DNA from: Camelus dromedarius
Lineage: Eukaryota
Direction: 5' to 3'
Assembly (NCBI RefSeq): GCF_036321535.1
Contig: NC_087436.1
Location: 8,928,001 to 8,992,000, forward strand
Length of the DNA stretch: 64,000 nucleotides
The translations under genes were made by a program, and so were the position numbers. The stretch's first letter is position 1; every line of letters begins with the position of its first letter. A model generated the notes under the pieces. The model ran no database searches. It had not been told where the DNA came from and was given only the letters and a program-made list of their open reading frames with translations. Shown here piece by piece: positions 28,330 to 42,233 of the stretch.

Positions 28330-28480
28330 TCTTTGTTCCTTCATTTATTCACTACTTATTTACTGAGTTGTTACCTCAAGGCTAGACTTGGCACAGATGG
28401 TTTATAAGAAAGAAAATGTCCCTGCCTTCACTGAGTTTACGTTTAATAAGAAAGGCTGACAAAAAACAGAAAGCAAAAAT
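28330..28480 (-). mobile_element. LINE-2 3' end fragment
   Basis: ttcatttattcact..atttactgagt...gtccctgccttcactgagtttac. Confidence 0.6.
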
Positions 28481-30949
28481 TGCCAGCAAGATTTCTGTTA
28501 TGTTACTAAGCTGTACTGAATGTGTTCTCTACTTTAAAAATTGCACACATTATACATAAAATGTAAAACCTGCACACATATACATAAAATTAAGTATAAA
28601 ATACTTAATGCATTTTGAAGAAAAGTATCAAAATATGTTTTGGTATTTTGGACAGGAACCCAAAGGCCCTTGGGTGGCAGTGAGCTCGCTGTGTTTAAAC
28701 ATCAATGAAAACGGGTGTAAGGCTGAAATGAGTGAAAAGTTAGGGATAAAAGTGATGCACTGTAAAGTACAGGTGTTTACCAGATCCTCTGAAACCTAAA
28801 TTGTGACTCAGAGACTACATATTGTTTGGGGTATTAAAATACATTTTACATCTTTTGAGAGAGAAAGTAACAATCTCATTTGTCTTCTGTAAATTTCATT
28901 CTCATCTTTGAAATGGATATGTAGTTATACAGACTGGCGTTAAGGCTGGGTATGTATCAGTTCAACCCCCAAAAAAGGTGAGTGTATAGGTGTAACATTT
29001 TTAATCTCTTGTTTCCTTCCTTTTCTAGACATGCTTTGCTATATGTATTCCGGTAAGTTTCCTTGCTGAGTTCCTTAAAATACTTAACAACTTAATATTG
29101 TTACCAATTATGTTTTACACATGGCAATATTTTGCCTAGTTTTTCATTAAGTTTAATGAAGATTGCATCTTCCTAAAAAAAATTCTGTAAAATCAATTTA
29201 ATATGTAAAGCCATGCGATATCTAATCTGATAAATGAGAATTCATTCCTTTAAGTCCAATAATTGAAGACAGAGATTCCCATCAACCTGCTTATAGGTAC
29301 GAATAATCCTTAGCCAAAATATCTTTTTCCTGTTTGCTACAGTCACAGTTTTTTTTTCTTTTTTTAAATCCATCATCTTTTAAATGGTCAGACAAGAGAA
29401 CAGACACATATTAAAATAACAGACAAAGGCAATAGGGCTAAATTTAAATACAGCAGTGATTTTCCTTCTCTTCAGTGAATTTGTGTCATTAGTTACAGTG
29501 AGGCTGAAAGGATTCAAACATAAAACTTTTTAAAAATAATTCCCCAAAGAGTATTTTTGTGGATACACTTCATATTTGCTACTCTCACATCTGGTATCTT
29601 ACCTTTTGCTAGCTTGCCCACCAATATTAAGATTTTGAAAACTGCTTTTGGATGTTTGAAGGGTAAGATCTAATTAATCAGCAAAGTCAGGCTGCTCACC
29701 CTACAAGAATTGACAGTAGACAATATTAAACGCCTTTTCAGGATTTTTATTGTGGTATTTTTTTAATGAGTGTTAATCCTGCAGGATACCAAAACTCAAG
29801 CTTTAATACTATTTTTTTCGTGAACTTCATTCATTTTTTTGATCAGGTTATTAAATGTTCTATAACTTTCTGTCATTTTATGTGCCATCACTTTTAACAA
29901 ATTTTAAAAGTTGCGGTTGATGTGACTGGCCCCAAGTGTCCTTTTCAAATGTAATTTTCATTTCCTTCTGGCATAAAGAGATAATTTAAAAAACCTTTCT
30001 TATCTAGATCCCTCAAAAACCATTATAGCTTTGTCCCATAAAAATAAGAAAAATGAGAACCACTTTTTTTCATTCATGTCTTCAAGTATTATTACTGGAA
30101 ACCACCCTTTCATTTCTTTCTTTCCTCACCATTATTCCTTTTCAAGGATAACTTATTAAAATATCTTGTTATAACTATATTTGAATTTTAGTAAAATGTA
30201 TTTTTTATCAGTTGCTGTCATACAACAAGAATCTTAGGTATCTCAAGACTTCTTTTTTTAATTCTTATCAAAAGGCAGATAGCTCAATTATTGAAGTCAC
30301 ATTGGATTTTCCCTGAAATTAGACATCAATATTATACTGAGGGTATAGGGAGGATTCCTTGTGGTACTTAGTTACAGGCAATACATCTCTGTTGGGGAAA
30401 TCGTATGTGGATTTCCCAAAGTATATTCAGTCTTTTTTTTCCAAAAGCATGCAAGGCAGAGATCAATCACTGATTAACAGAAATTCAGATACAGCCTGTC
30501 CCAAATCCTTTCTGTCTTACTCTGGGCCCCTCATTTACCTTCCAAGTCTCTTGCGCTTTCTTCAATCATGTAAAGATAGAAGGTGAAAGGTAATGTTATG
30601 ACAATGACAGAAACTGTTACTAGAAAAACTCAAGAGCCAAGCTCATGGGAAAAAACAATCAGGAAAAAGAAAACTTACCTTGTCTATCCTAAAACACACT
30701 AGGATAGTCCTATAAGGAAAAAAAAATCACTCCTTTTTTCTATAATCTCAAATTCTAAAACTTTAAGAAATACGTTTTTCTCAACTCTCATTAAGATTCC
30801 CCGATTTGTTAACTCAGATACAAGCAAAAAAAAAAAAAAAAAAAAAACCCCTGATGAATATCGTCACTTCCAAACTCACAGATCTTGGCACTTAAACATC
30901 AGTCTTAGTTTGGAGATGCAGGTGTGCAATATGAATGTGATGATGTCAC

Positions 30950-31100
30950 GTCAGCCTATGGTGAAAAAGAATATGAAACGAATATATGCATGTTCATGCG
31001 TGACTGAAGCATTGTGCCATACACCGGAAATTGACACACCATTGTAAACCTACTATACTTCAATAAAAAAAAAAATACATATACAGAAAAAAAGACAAAA
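30950..31100 (+). mobile_element. L1 3' tail fragment
   Basis: gaaaaagaatatgaaacgaatatatg...tatacttcaataaaaaaaaaa. Confidence 0.85.
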
Positions 31101-31512
31101 ATATTATTAAGAAATCAAGAGGATCATTTCTTAAACTGGCTCACAATTTAGTTTATTCAAGTGCTTTACGATTTGATAATTATAAATAAGAGGTTTATTT
31201 TCTCAAGATTCAATCCATTATTAGTGATGAGAGCTAATTATTTGAAATATCTCATTCATCTTTTCCTCAGAAAAAGAAAATTTTACGGTTGAAATCTTAC
31301 TTTATTCTAAATAATCTATACAAAGCAATACTGATAGTGTTCGGTTTATGTAAATTTCTTTTTTTTTTTTTTTTTAAGAGTAAGGGTATGTTTGGCATGC
31401 GAGAGAAACTGGACCATAAAAGATGGTTTTTATGCTATCCTTAGAAAAACAAAAATCACAAATAGCCCACAAAACACAAAAAATTTCACTCAATAAAGGA
31501 AAAACATAAAGA

Positions 31513-31645
31513 GGGGAGGGTATATAGCTCAGTGGTAGAGTGCAGGCTTAGCATGCAAGAGGTCCTGGGTTCAATCCCCAGTGCCTTCATTAAATATAAA
31601 TAAACAAAAAAACCTAATAATCTCCCCCCAAAAAAGGTTAAAAAG
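31513..31645 (+). mobile_element. tRNA-derived SINE (Vic-1-like)
   Basis: tagctcagtggtagagtgcaggcttagcatgcaagaggtcctgggttcaatcccc with the family tail aacctaataatctcccccc. Confidence 0.92.
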
Positions 31646-32748
31646 AGCACAGTCATCTTACTGTAAAGTTAAAGTTTTGTATAAATATGTATATATGTAC
31701 ATATGCATTACTATTTTTAAATTGGCATTTGAATTACTTAATTCTTACCCACTATGAGGAATTTATCATAGGCCTGGGCAGTTGGGTGATATCGTGCCTT
31801 AGCAAATCTGATATATAAAAATTCATTTTTAATAAGCCATAAAAATACTATCCTTTTGTCAAGTAATTTTCATTTCATAGGAGATGTTCCTTCACACTGT
31901 AGTTCCTTTAACAATTTTTTTGATGATTAAATTAGGTGGAGTTGTGATAGAAATTTTGGCGGACAATAAAATACAGCTGCAATGCAACTCCTTGTGTTCA
32001 TGTGGTGCTCAGTCAGAAACAACTGAACTTTGTGTGTTTACCTGGAAACGCTGCGCCAAGTCCCAGGTGGTCTGTGCTCAGGAAACAGCCTCTTGAATGG
32101 CCTCTTGGTATAATATGAGCTTAAATCAAATGGGTCACATTCACTTTGAGAGAAGTGTATTCCCTCAAAATTTGTGAATATGCATGCCTTAGATAAAGCC
32201 AAAAAAAAAAAAAACAACAAGAAGCTATTTCTCCTGTTGATGTGAAGACTCTGGCCATGCACTGGTAGGTAGGAATAAAGAATGTGACCTTTGCCCCCGA
32301 AGTTCAAAATGAGGGAAACGTGGTGGTGTGGACGGTGGATTCATGGCTGAGATTAACCGAGCACAGAGGACACTGATCATTCAAAGTGCAACCAAGCCAA
32401 GAGGAGGAGGGCGGACAGGTTTGAGACTGAAGTTTCCTTCAGACTCAGAATGTGGCTGAGACTTGAGTCTTCTGGAGGACCTACCTTCAGACAGTTGTAA
32501 TGTGTGACTTTAGCACATGAACTCTGAAATTAGAATCCAGCCTGTGTAAACTTGTGATAACTTCAAAAGGTCAAAAATTCCAGACTCCAAGTCAGTATAG
32601 AAGATGGATTTTGTGACAGAAGGATGGAAGAGAGGTGTGAGTGTCCTAAGAATGAGACATATCTAAGTGCCCAGAGAAAATGACAAGGAACCAAGCAGAG
32701 TGGAATCTTATGAACACTTACAGATATCATGAATAACAACCATGGCTC

Positions 32749-33246
32749 TGTAATAGGGAAGAAGAAATCTTATTAGACCTGTTTATTTGGCTCAAACCTT
32801 GTGCTCTGTTTCCTGTGCTCAGTCATGCTGGTTCTGCACTTTTTGTAAAAGAATGTTGCCTAGAGCCTGACATAGATAGGACAGCCCATTCTCAAGGCTC
32901 CGACCTTTAAGGATATAACATGTTTCCATTCCTATAAAGAATTGCAGAATAGAAAACAACATTTGTCTTGTTGGAGGTTTATAGAGACACCATGACCTGA
33001 CCCACATGGACAGCTGCAAGAACAAAGAATTCCAACACCAAGAAGTTTGCAACAACCAACCACACTCCTTTTTTAGTATAAAAAGAGCCTGAATTCTGAC
33101 TTGGGGAAGATGGTTCTCCAGGACACGAGTCTGCCACTTTCTCAGTCTGCTGCCTTTCTGAGTCGTTTATTCCTTGCCCCAACACCTCATCTCCCTATTT
33201 ATTGGCCTATCATGTGGCGAGCAGAACAAGTTTGTACTCAGTAACA
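32749..33246 (+). mobile_element. ERV1-class solo LTR, copy 2
   Basis: tgtaatagggaag...ctcagtaaca; full-length homology to copy 1; degraded TSD gctc/gttt. Confidence 0.92.
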
Positions 33247-33863
33247 GTTTCTTCTTTGTTGCTAGTTGCTGATGGTCAGGTAAGGAGTCAAACAGCAGGC
33301 GAGTGATAAAGGCAAAACGATTGGGGTCACCACAAGTTTTCTATGTCTATGAGTCTGCTTCTGTTTTGTAAATAAGTTCATTTGTCTCTTTTTTGTTTTT
33401 TTTAGATTCCACATTGTTTTCGAGAGTTATCTGCCCATAGTGATTTTTTTCCCCTTAATAGAAATATTTTGTGTAATGTTCCCATGTCCATCATGGCAAC
33501 TGCAAATTGATCAGAGAGATGGAAAGCCATTGAAGTTAAGTAGCTATTTTAGGCTTATATGCTTGCCAAATTCCTTGGAAAGGTGCACCCTGGCTAACTA
33601 GTCTAAACAGATTTCATTACTGGAAGTTTTACCTAAGAGGCACAGGTGTAAACTTAATACTAGCATTAGGAAGTTAAGCCAAAATGTGTAATACAATGTC
33701 TAGGGTGTAAGGATCCATTTTGGTCAATATGCAAACTGAGGCGGAAGATATTCACCAAGAGATCTCTGGATGCTAGAGTAGCAAGCACAGAGATAACAGA
33801 ATCATACTATCCATTGAGCGAGATGCAAAATATGGTTGTGGACTCTTTCTTCCTACATAATTC

Positions 33864-33960
33864 TTTTTTTTGTCTTTTTAACATGATGGTACTGGGGATT
33901 GAGCCCAGGACCTTGTGCATGCTAAGCATACACTCTACCACTGAGCTATCCCCTCCCCCC
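33864..33960 (-). mobile_element. tRNA-derived SINE (Vic-1-like)
   Basis: Reverse complement ggggagggatagctcagtggtagagtgtatgcttagcatgcacaaggtcctgggctcaatcccc; flanks cataattctt/cataagtctt. Confidence 0.92.
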
Positions 33961-34199
33961 ATAAGTCTTCCCTGGAGAAATTAAATCCTGGTTCAACCCA
34001 GGTCTTCATCTTTTCAATGCCTTACACTAAGCAGCTGACTGTGTTTGTAGAAAAATACACAGCCATGACAGACCACTCTCACTCTAAGTTTACGAGCGGA
34101 GATACGACAGCACTCCTGGAAGCCCTGCTGTATCCCCTGGTCCATTCTCTCTCTCCTTGTTTCTTGTTTCACAACCTTTTTCCTTTGTTCTCAAATCAC

Positions 34200-35210
34200 C
34201 TAAACTTTCTTCTCTGATGCTTTAAACGGACGCTTTAATTCTTACTTCATTAAGAAATTACAAGCAACCCGATGAAAACAACACACATTTATAGGATGAA
34301 ATATGTCCTGCTACCCGCACCAGAAAGCATCTATTTTTGCTTTCCTTCTGTTGAGTGGATGAAAAATCCATATTCTCATCTAAAGCGACATCCGCCCCTT
34401 GTGCTCTAGGTCCCAGTCTCTCAAGCCCAACCAAAGGCTTTGCTCTGACAATAGTCCCTCTTTCTCTTGTCCTATAAGTTTTCCCTTCTCTGTTTTACTG
34501 GTCCTACCTACATGTCCCCCTCCAGATCACGATACATAGATATATGATAGAGACAGAGGCCAAGGCAGAGATGGAGGTATCTCTATATACATCTGCTCTT
34601 CTTTAGAGAAACACTCTTCCCATGAGCTTTCTCTGCTTGAACTCTCATGTTCTCAGCCCGTTTTCTCTCTTACCAACTCTTACAAGGTCAGCCATGGCCT
34701 TAATCTTTCCAAATAAGTGGTCATTTTTCAATCCCTGTCAGACTTGGTCTTGGTAACATTTAATTCAGCTCACCATTCTGGCCTCCACGAAAAACGTTCT
34801 TACTTAGCTTCTGTGTCTCTTCACGCTCTAGGTTTTCCTCCTCTATTTCCTGCCTTATTTGCTCTGCCTCCACTTCCTGGTGGCTGAAGTACAGCAAGGG
34901 TCTATCCTCAGCCCTCTCGCTTCCCAGGGTTCACTCATTCATGCTCTAGTTTAACTCAACTGCAGAGTCCTTTGGTCTTGCCTCTTAATTGACGTGCTTC
35001 TAACTCCTAAAAAATGTATGTCTCGTGCTCCAAAATCTTTGTAGACTCATATCCAACTGCATAAATGGCATCCTTCCTTGCTTGCCTAAAAGGGATTTGA
35101 ATTTAACTGTCCTTAAATGTGTGTGTGTGTGTGCGTGCGTGTGTGTGTGTGTATTCCTTACATCCACTTCCAAATGTGAGTCCACCAGTGTTTCGCATTT
35201 CAGTAGAAGA
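34200..35210 (+). mobile_element. Degraded LINE-2 with internal (TG)n at about 35118-35152
   Basis: L2-like blocks (agactcatatccaactgc, aagggtctatcctcagccctctc). Boundaries approximate. Confidence 0.55.
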
Positions 35211-36167
35211 TGCCTCAAATTATTTGTTTGCTCAGCTTATTTTTTTATTATTAATAGACTATTTTTAGAGCAGTTTCAGGTTCACAGCAGAATTGAGCAG
35301 AAATTACAGAGAGTTTACACATAGCCCTCCCCACCCACACAAATATATTCCCCTACCCTCAACATACCTCATCAGTGTGGCACATCCCTAAAAATCCCTT
35401 GTGCTCCATCTATTCATTCCTCCCTCCTTCCCTTTCCCCATATGCTGGAAACCACAATCTTTTTATTGTTTCTATAGCTTTGCCTTTTCCAGAATATTTC
35501 TTTAAATTCCATAAACTCCATGTCCAATCCACAGCAAATTATATCAGACAGTCTGACGTGTAAATCTAACGTAAAACACAGAAACATTTTATGTCCAGTC
35601 TTGGCACATCTTTTCTACTAAATGTTCTATAAATGAAATCATTGTACTTGTTTTTCTGTGAATCCACCTAGATTCTCAATGTGTTATTCTGATCTCAATT
35701 GTAACTTTTGATTTGGCTGCCTGCCATATTTTCATCTTGCTCCTGGTTCTATCACCCAAGAGTGGCCAACCTGTGACCTCCATCCTTTAAGTGCTGCTCA
35801 GAAATATTTCACCTGTGGACTTCTGAGTCACAGTGTTACCATTAAAATGAATGGCACTCACCAGGGAAGACCGAACCGGGACCTAAGTTATTCTGAATCT
35901 TTGGGAGGAAAGCTTTGGAAATGGTATCAGTTATTTGAATTTATGTTACCATTTTTTTATATTATAATTTGTGTTAAATTATTATGGATTTGTGAAAATC
36001 ATTATTGACTTATGGTAGACATAGACCAGGTGAAAATTTCCATTCAGAAATCTGTAGTATTACCACAAAGTTGTATGCTAGGCCAGTCTGTGACTGTCAT
36101 TTCTTTATAAGTTACTCTTTTATGTTTTAATTCTAACAAAATTTGGAGATGAAGAACTTATCTAGGT

Positions 36168-36236
36168 TCTATCTATCTATCTATCATCTGTCTATCTATC
36201 ATCTATCTATCTCTATGTAGACATCTATCTATCTAT
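36168..36236. repeat. (TATC)n-type microsatellite
   Basis: Directly visible imperfect tatc run. Confidence 0.9.
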
Positions 36237-38729
36237 ATACATTTATATAAAGATATATCTATACATAAATCAATCAACTTGTAGTTCCATAATCTTTCTA
36301 CATATTGTGGACTTCAATTCAGCCTGGTCTATTGTATGAATCTATTGAACAACTTTGATGGTCATTTTTGAGTTCTTTAGAAATGGTCAAGAGGAAAAAG
36401 TACTGACAAAATGTAATCGCAACTCATGTCTTGATCTCAGGGTGCACGTTTAGAAAGACTTGATACAAACCATCGGAAATTCATATATTGAGAGAAACAA
36501 AGGAACATGACGTGTATCATTCTCCCTGAACACACACCACCCAGAAGACTAACACTCTATTGTATCCACAAAGTTGTTACAAAGTTTACAGTTAGATGAT
36601 GCTGTGTCGTGAATTAAAACCAACCTGATTGCATATTATTGCACTAAATTAAGTATTTGTTAGTTGAATTGAAAGCGTTTTTATACTTCGCTTAACCAGC
36701 ATCAAAAGAGCACTGGCTAATTACCTATGCCTTTTTCATTGTGCTGGAAAGAGTCAAATCTCCTTTATTCACTGTGATTTCCTCCAAACGTGTTTTTACA
36801 TAACTCTCTAGGTGATAACCACATGCAAAGCTTCTTTTCTCATTTAGTTTTACATTTTTATTAGTAGAAAGTTTTCAAATTTTCTGAAAAATCTAGAGGC
36901 ACCCCTTCGGAAAGGATTGTAGAAGTGAAGTATAAATCAGACTAATGGAGAAAAATTTTCAACTGCATTTTCTAGAACATTTTCTCCTCAATTACACATA
37001 CTGAGTACCGTCAATGGGAAGTCTTTCACCATCCAGTTTTTGCAAAGAAATACCAAAGAGGAAAAATCATCCACATTGACAAATAACAGTTGTTAAAAAT
37101 GTTCTTCACTTTGCAAATTAAAGAAATATCACACTGGACATTCGAGAATACGATACTGAGAACATAAACACAATAATTGAAGGTGTCCGTGAGAGGTAAT
37201 GACTGAGATAATATTTAAATAGCCTCAAGACAGATGACAAATTATTTGCACTAATAAAATGTTCTCATTTTTTCCCATCACTATTGAAGATTGTACTCAT
37301 AACTATTAATAGAATATTCATATGTCCATAGAAAACATGAAATAAAATATTAAACTAAAATATTTATTTTATAAATGGACACTGAAAATGATACATATAG
37401 AAATGTACAAAAACAAGATAAGATAAGACTATTCAACTGAAAATTAAATTTAGTTTCTATATGCCATCAAAAAAGGAAAATTTGACAACAAAAAATAAAT
37501 GCAATAAGAAGTCCACATAGTCTCTAAATTTCTTTGGAGATGTAGGGGAGTCAAATAGCATTGTTACACATCTAATAGATACTCTATTTATAGTATAAGA
37601 TAAACAAACTAAGTGCAAAATAAGTCAGTGAGATAGCTGACAATGAGGTAAGATTTTTCAAATGTCAATCAGGAACCTAGTAAAAAAGGTGTTCCTAAAC
37701 TTGAGTTAGTTTTTGTCTTTAAGTATCAGAAAACTTATCACCATCAAGTAGTCTATTGTGAGCTGGCGAATTCAGTTCTGTAATGATTTGACCAGCGTCT
37801 CTTTATGCAAGATTATAAATCAAATGTAAACCTAAAAGAAAATGTGTGGCTTCCCAGACTCAAGTTTGAAAATTTAATGCCATCAAATGTTCACAGTTAT
37901 TGAAGTTTCAGTCTTAAACCCAGTCATTATCTGTCACCGCGTTCTTCTGTTGCCCAAGACCTGTGCTAAATGCATTATTTAATCCTTACAAGTACCACAG
38001 TGAGAAATACTGTTTCTAAATAACGTAAAGTATTTACATGGAAATTACTATAAAAAGCAAATTTTTAAAAATCACAGGCAAGTAAGATCTGATGGTATTA
38101 TAGACTTAAGTAGAAATATTTGGCGCATACGTGCACTAAAAGAGAAGCCAAAATCCCTTGGTTCCTGTCCCAGTGGCATTAACTTACCGTGTGAATGTTG
38201 GCAGGCCATTTTTAAACTTTTAGACTTACTGCCTTCTGGCTTGTTATTATAATGAATTAATAATATAATAGTTGTGAAAGCATTTTGACACAAATAATAC
38301 CCAGTATTTCTCATTTCTCTCTCCCCCGCTCCCTCCCTCTCTCCACAGTTTTTTTTAAATACATTTGTTGGGTGGTCCTAATACTTAAATCACCCTTGAT
38401 TGGAGCATTTTTTCATATTATATGTGGAATCTATCACATATCTACCACCTGTCTATAAATGGAAGATAAACACGTACCATATGTGATGTTTGCAACATCC
38501 TTTACAGAGTTTTCAAAAATCAGAGGAGAAACAAACACTTGGCATGATTCTAATAACAAATAGTGAATTTAGGAGTGTACCCATAGCATTGATTCCTAAA
38601 GCCTGTTATAGAATGCGTCACACAGAGGATTCTGCAGTTCCTGCTTGATGAGAAGAATGACGGCAGGACTATGTTCTCAACACTGATTAAAAGTTCACTG
38701 CAAAATAAATATTAAAAATGAGATACAGA

Positions 38730-38889
38730 GCGGAGGGTGTAGCTTAAGTGGTAGAGTGCATACTTAGCATGCACGAGGTCCTGGGTTCAATCCCCAGTCC
38801 TCCCTCCAAACATAAATAAACCTAATTACCTCCCCCCACCAAATAATGAAAATAAAGAAAAATTTTAATTAAGGAAAAAAAAAAAAAAA
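38730..38889 (+). mobile_element. tRNA-derived SINE (Vic-1-like)
   Basis: tagcttaagtggtagagtgcatacttagcatgcacgaggtcctgggttcaatcccc, tail aaacctaattacctcccccc and poly-A. Confidence 0.92.
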
Positions 38890-40473
38890 GAAACACAGCT
38901 CAGTTGGTTTTGTCATCCAATCAGAAAAATGTAATAGGGATCTAATGAAATTCAGGGATTAATATAATTTATTTTAAGGTTGTGGGTACAAACTATTCAG
39001 AGGCACTAGAGTTTCTGAGTGTCAGCATTCTGGCCTCAAAAGAGTTAATGTACATTTATGATTTGCCACGTTATTCACTTCACCACCCCCTGTAATTCCG
39101 TTTGGCCAATCCCAACTGAAAACCAGACAAAACAGAACAGAACAAACCAACCAATCTCTGGGTACCATTTACCAAAGTTGATGTATTTATCAACACAATT
39201 ATTTTTCATGAAGTGGCACACAAGCCTGCTTAAACATGAAATAGAAGATTTACAAAGGATGCCCTTAAAAAAAAAAAAGACACCCTAAAAGCACTTGCAG
39301 ATTTGCACATGGCATTTACTGATCTAGTTTCAAACATCATTGGCAACCTAGTTTTCTAGCCTATGTTCTATTAAATCCTGCCTTTAAAAAACAATAATAA
39401 TCAGGTAAAAGAACGAATTAAAAATGGTATGAATATCGCTCCAGATTACCCCGAAGAGAAAGAACACAGTGTCGGCTCTCATTCAAGGAGCGCACAGAGA
39501 GCTGTAAAAACCATATTTCCCAAGTTGTTATTGTTTGTGATGCACATTTAAGTGCACACAACATTTGCCTTTATGGCAGCTTTACTCTCAACACAGTCAA
39601 TGGCAAAAGAGTTTCTGTACAATTGACTTTCTCATAAAACGGTTTAATTCCCTACTCATTTTGGCATAGGCTGTAGCTTGAGTTTCTTATATTCCAGCTT
39701 CTAGATCCTGAGTGTGTAAATTCTGCTGCGCGTGACAGACAGACCCGGGGCCGGGCTGAGAGGAATTTTCCTTTGTTATATGTACCCACATGAATCACAG
39801 CAGTTAGAAAGCTGTTTAGGGAGGGGGCGGGGCGGGTGGTGATGGGGGAATTAAGACAAAACTCCCATCACAGTGAATAGCTAGGCATTATGTCAAAATA
39901 GAAAGTTTTATTCTATGCTAAGCAACACCATAAAGTATTTGATGCCAATAAACAAATTTCACAATATTCTGTATCTCCTGATAGAGAACTTCTTCATAGT
40001 CAAATACATGTGAATAGAAATCATTAGAAAAAAATTATGTTCATCGATGTGTGCTTTATCTAGCATTCCACAAGTCATAAATCACTAAAGAAAATTCTTA
40101 GTGAATTCATGTCCATATTTGAGTTAGTAATAGTAAATGCTGAGCCTACTATGAAGGCATTTAAATATTTAATGCTAATAATAAAAAGAAGATATATTGA
40201 TATTGGTAGAGCTATAGCTATAAATTAGATACATGTGTTGATATAGAGACAGAAATATAGATATAGATGCTTTTAATCTGGACTCAAATCTTAATTTTAA
40301 AACAATGAATAGATACACAGAGTCCTATCTGTTTCACGTATTGAATTTATCAGATTTATGTGTGGCACTTATATTCAAGCCTGTGTATTCACCACCACGG
40401 CCAAGAAGGTAAGTTCGTAAAGACCTGCAGATATTTTAAAAATTAATTTTAAGGCACTAAAAATCTTTCAAAG

Positions 40474-40692
40474 CAGAAGTTAACAAACCTTTATTGATAA
40501 GATCCAGATAAAACATTTTTTAGCCTCTGCAGGCCATGCTGTCTCTGTTGTAAAGATTCAACTCTCTTTTTGTATTTCAATAGCACCAGGGCCCTAAACT
40601 ACCAGTGAGACCATGTTCCAATTAAACTTTGCCTAAAAAAAATTAGCAGGGACCTGGACTTGGCCTATAGGTTCTTGTTTACTGATTTCTAC
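40474..40692 (+). mobile_element. hAT-Charlie MITE (MER58A-like)
   Basis: cagaagttaacaaac...tgcaggccatgctgtctctgtt...gttccaattaaacttt...ggacttggcctatagg. Confidence 0.7.
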
Positions 40693-42233
40693 CCCAAGAT
40701 TTTCATAATCACCTTTTGTTAGATCTAAATGTAGCATTGTTTTTAAGGAGGAAAACTTATTCCTGTAATTTTTGTTTTGATTTTTTTCATTTGAAAATAT
40801 CTACTTAAGTGTAAGTTTATTGCAGTTCTTGAACATAATATTTTGACTGGCTTCTTCCTTTGGGCCATTATTGGGAACAATACAAATTGTTGAAATTCCA
40901 CAGAAAATATAATCCACAATCACAAGAATTAACTTTAGCCATCACAGTTATCAGGTCTTCAGGTATTCAGAATCTTTTTTATGTCCAAAATTTGGCTAAC
41001 TGCACACTAATAAGACAAGCAATTTATTGTTTTATTCTATATTATTCACTTCCCTTCTTCTGAAATTAAGTCTTTTTTATGTATTTTAGGTAAACCACCA
41101 AAACAAATAAACAAACAGAAGACCCATACATTCTGGGACCTGGGCAATGCGCTAACCCCTGGTAACTCACCCAGATTATATGAATTAAATTGCAATACTA
41201 CATATGATGGGAAAGCATTTTGAAGCAATCATAGATCTAATAAATATGCTTAGTACAAGTCTGAAAAACAAAGGTGTTTCAAACCACTGTTTCACGAAGT
41301 AACTCACAAGGAAGGTGAACTTCCTAACTATATCCAGTTCATCTGTTTCCGTGCAGATTGACGTCTTGAGTTGCATTATGCTAAACCTCCAGCAATAAAG
41401 CAGAACATTAAATACACCAGACATTTTTCCCCTTACATGATATTTAATAGTATATCTTTCTGTGTAATCAATTGCTGGTTGTCAGCTGGACAAAACCTCA
41501 ACATTAAAATATGATTCTAAATGGACTTACTAGCATTAAGTTTACATTATTATTATTTATATAGTTCTGTGATAGCATCGATTTGTGGAACAGTAAAATT
41601 CTCACTATACCATTTCAGGTCAGAATCATAGAAAGATACATGCTTCTATGAGTATTAATACACAATGATCATAGAATCAACGTTAGCCATTTATAAAATA
41701 GATTAGATGGAAGATGATAATGAACTGAACTTGAAACCAAAGCAACTGCTATTCTTTCTGTAAAAGAAGACAATCTGATATCATCAAATTCTCAGTGTAT
41801 GTATTCAAGGTGCAGAGAGTTCACTAGGGTAAGGAAATTCTTCTTATAATTTATCTAAGTTGTATCAAGGGCTTCTAGTAGCTACAATGAATACAGAGCA
41901 TTTCATCTTGTACCATTTGAAAAGCTCTGTGTATCTTTTTTGTTTTTTTTTTTTACCTTGGGAGTGATACTTTATTGATTCTACCAACTTTGAAAAAAAA
42001 TTAAGTCATTTGAACTTAATTAGTGGGCAAATGAACAACATTATACATTACCATAAATCTAAGCTAAGAATTAAAATATCACACAAGCTTTTAAGGGTAA
42101 ATATACTTCAGAAACAGTCTGAGAACTTGGAGGTGGAACCAACTAAAGATTAGAAATCACAGGTTGATCACTGACCTATTTGAATGATGGAAATTGTATA
42201 TATTGAAAATGTTACAATTTCAGTCTGGATGAT

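Noticed and set aside
31513..31590. Functional tRNA-Ala genes (also at 11941, 19766, 20102, 27615, 33864, 38730)
   Set aside because: Disrupted stems, shared non-tRNA tail, poly-A and TSDs mark them as SINEs.
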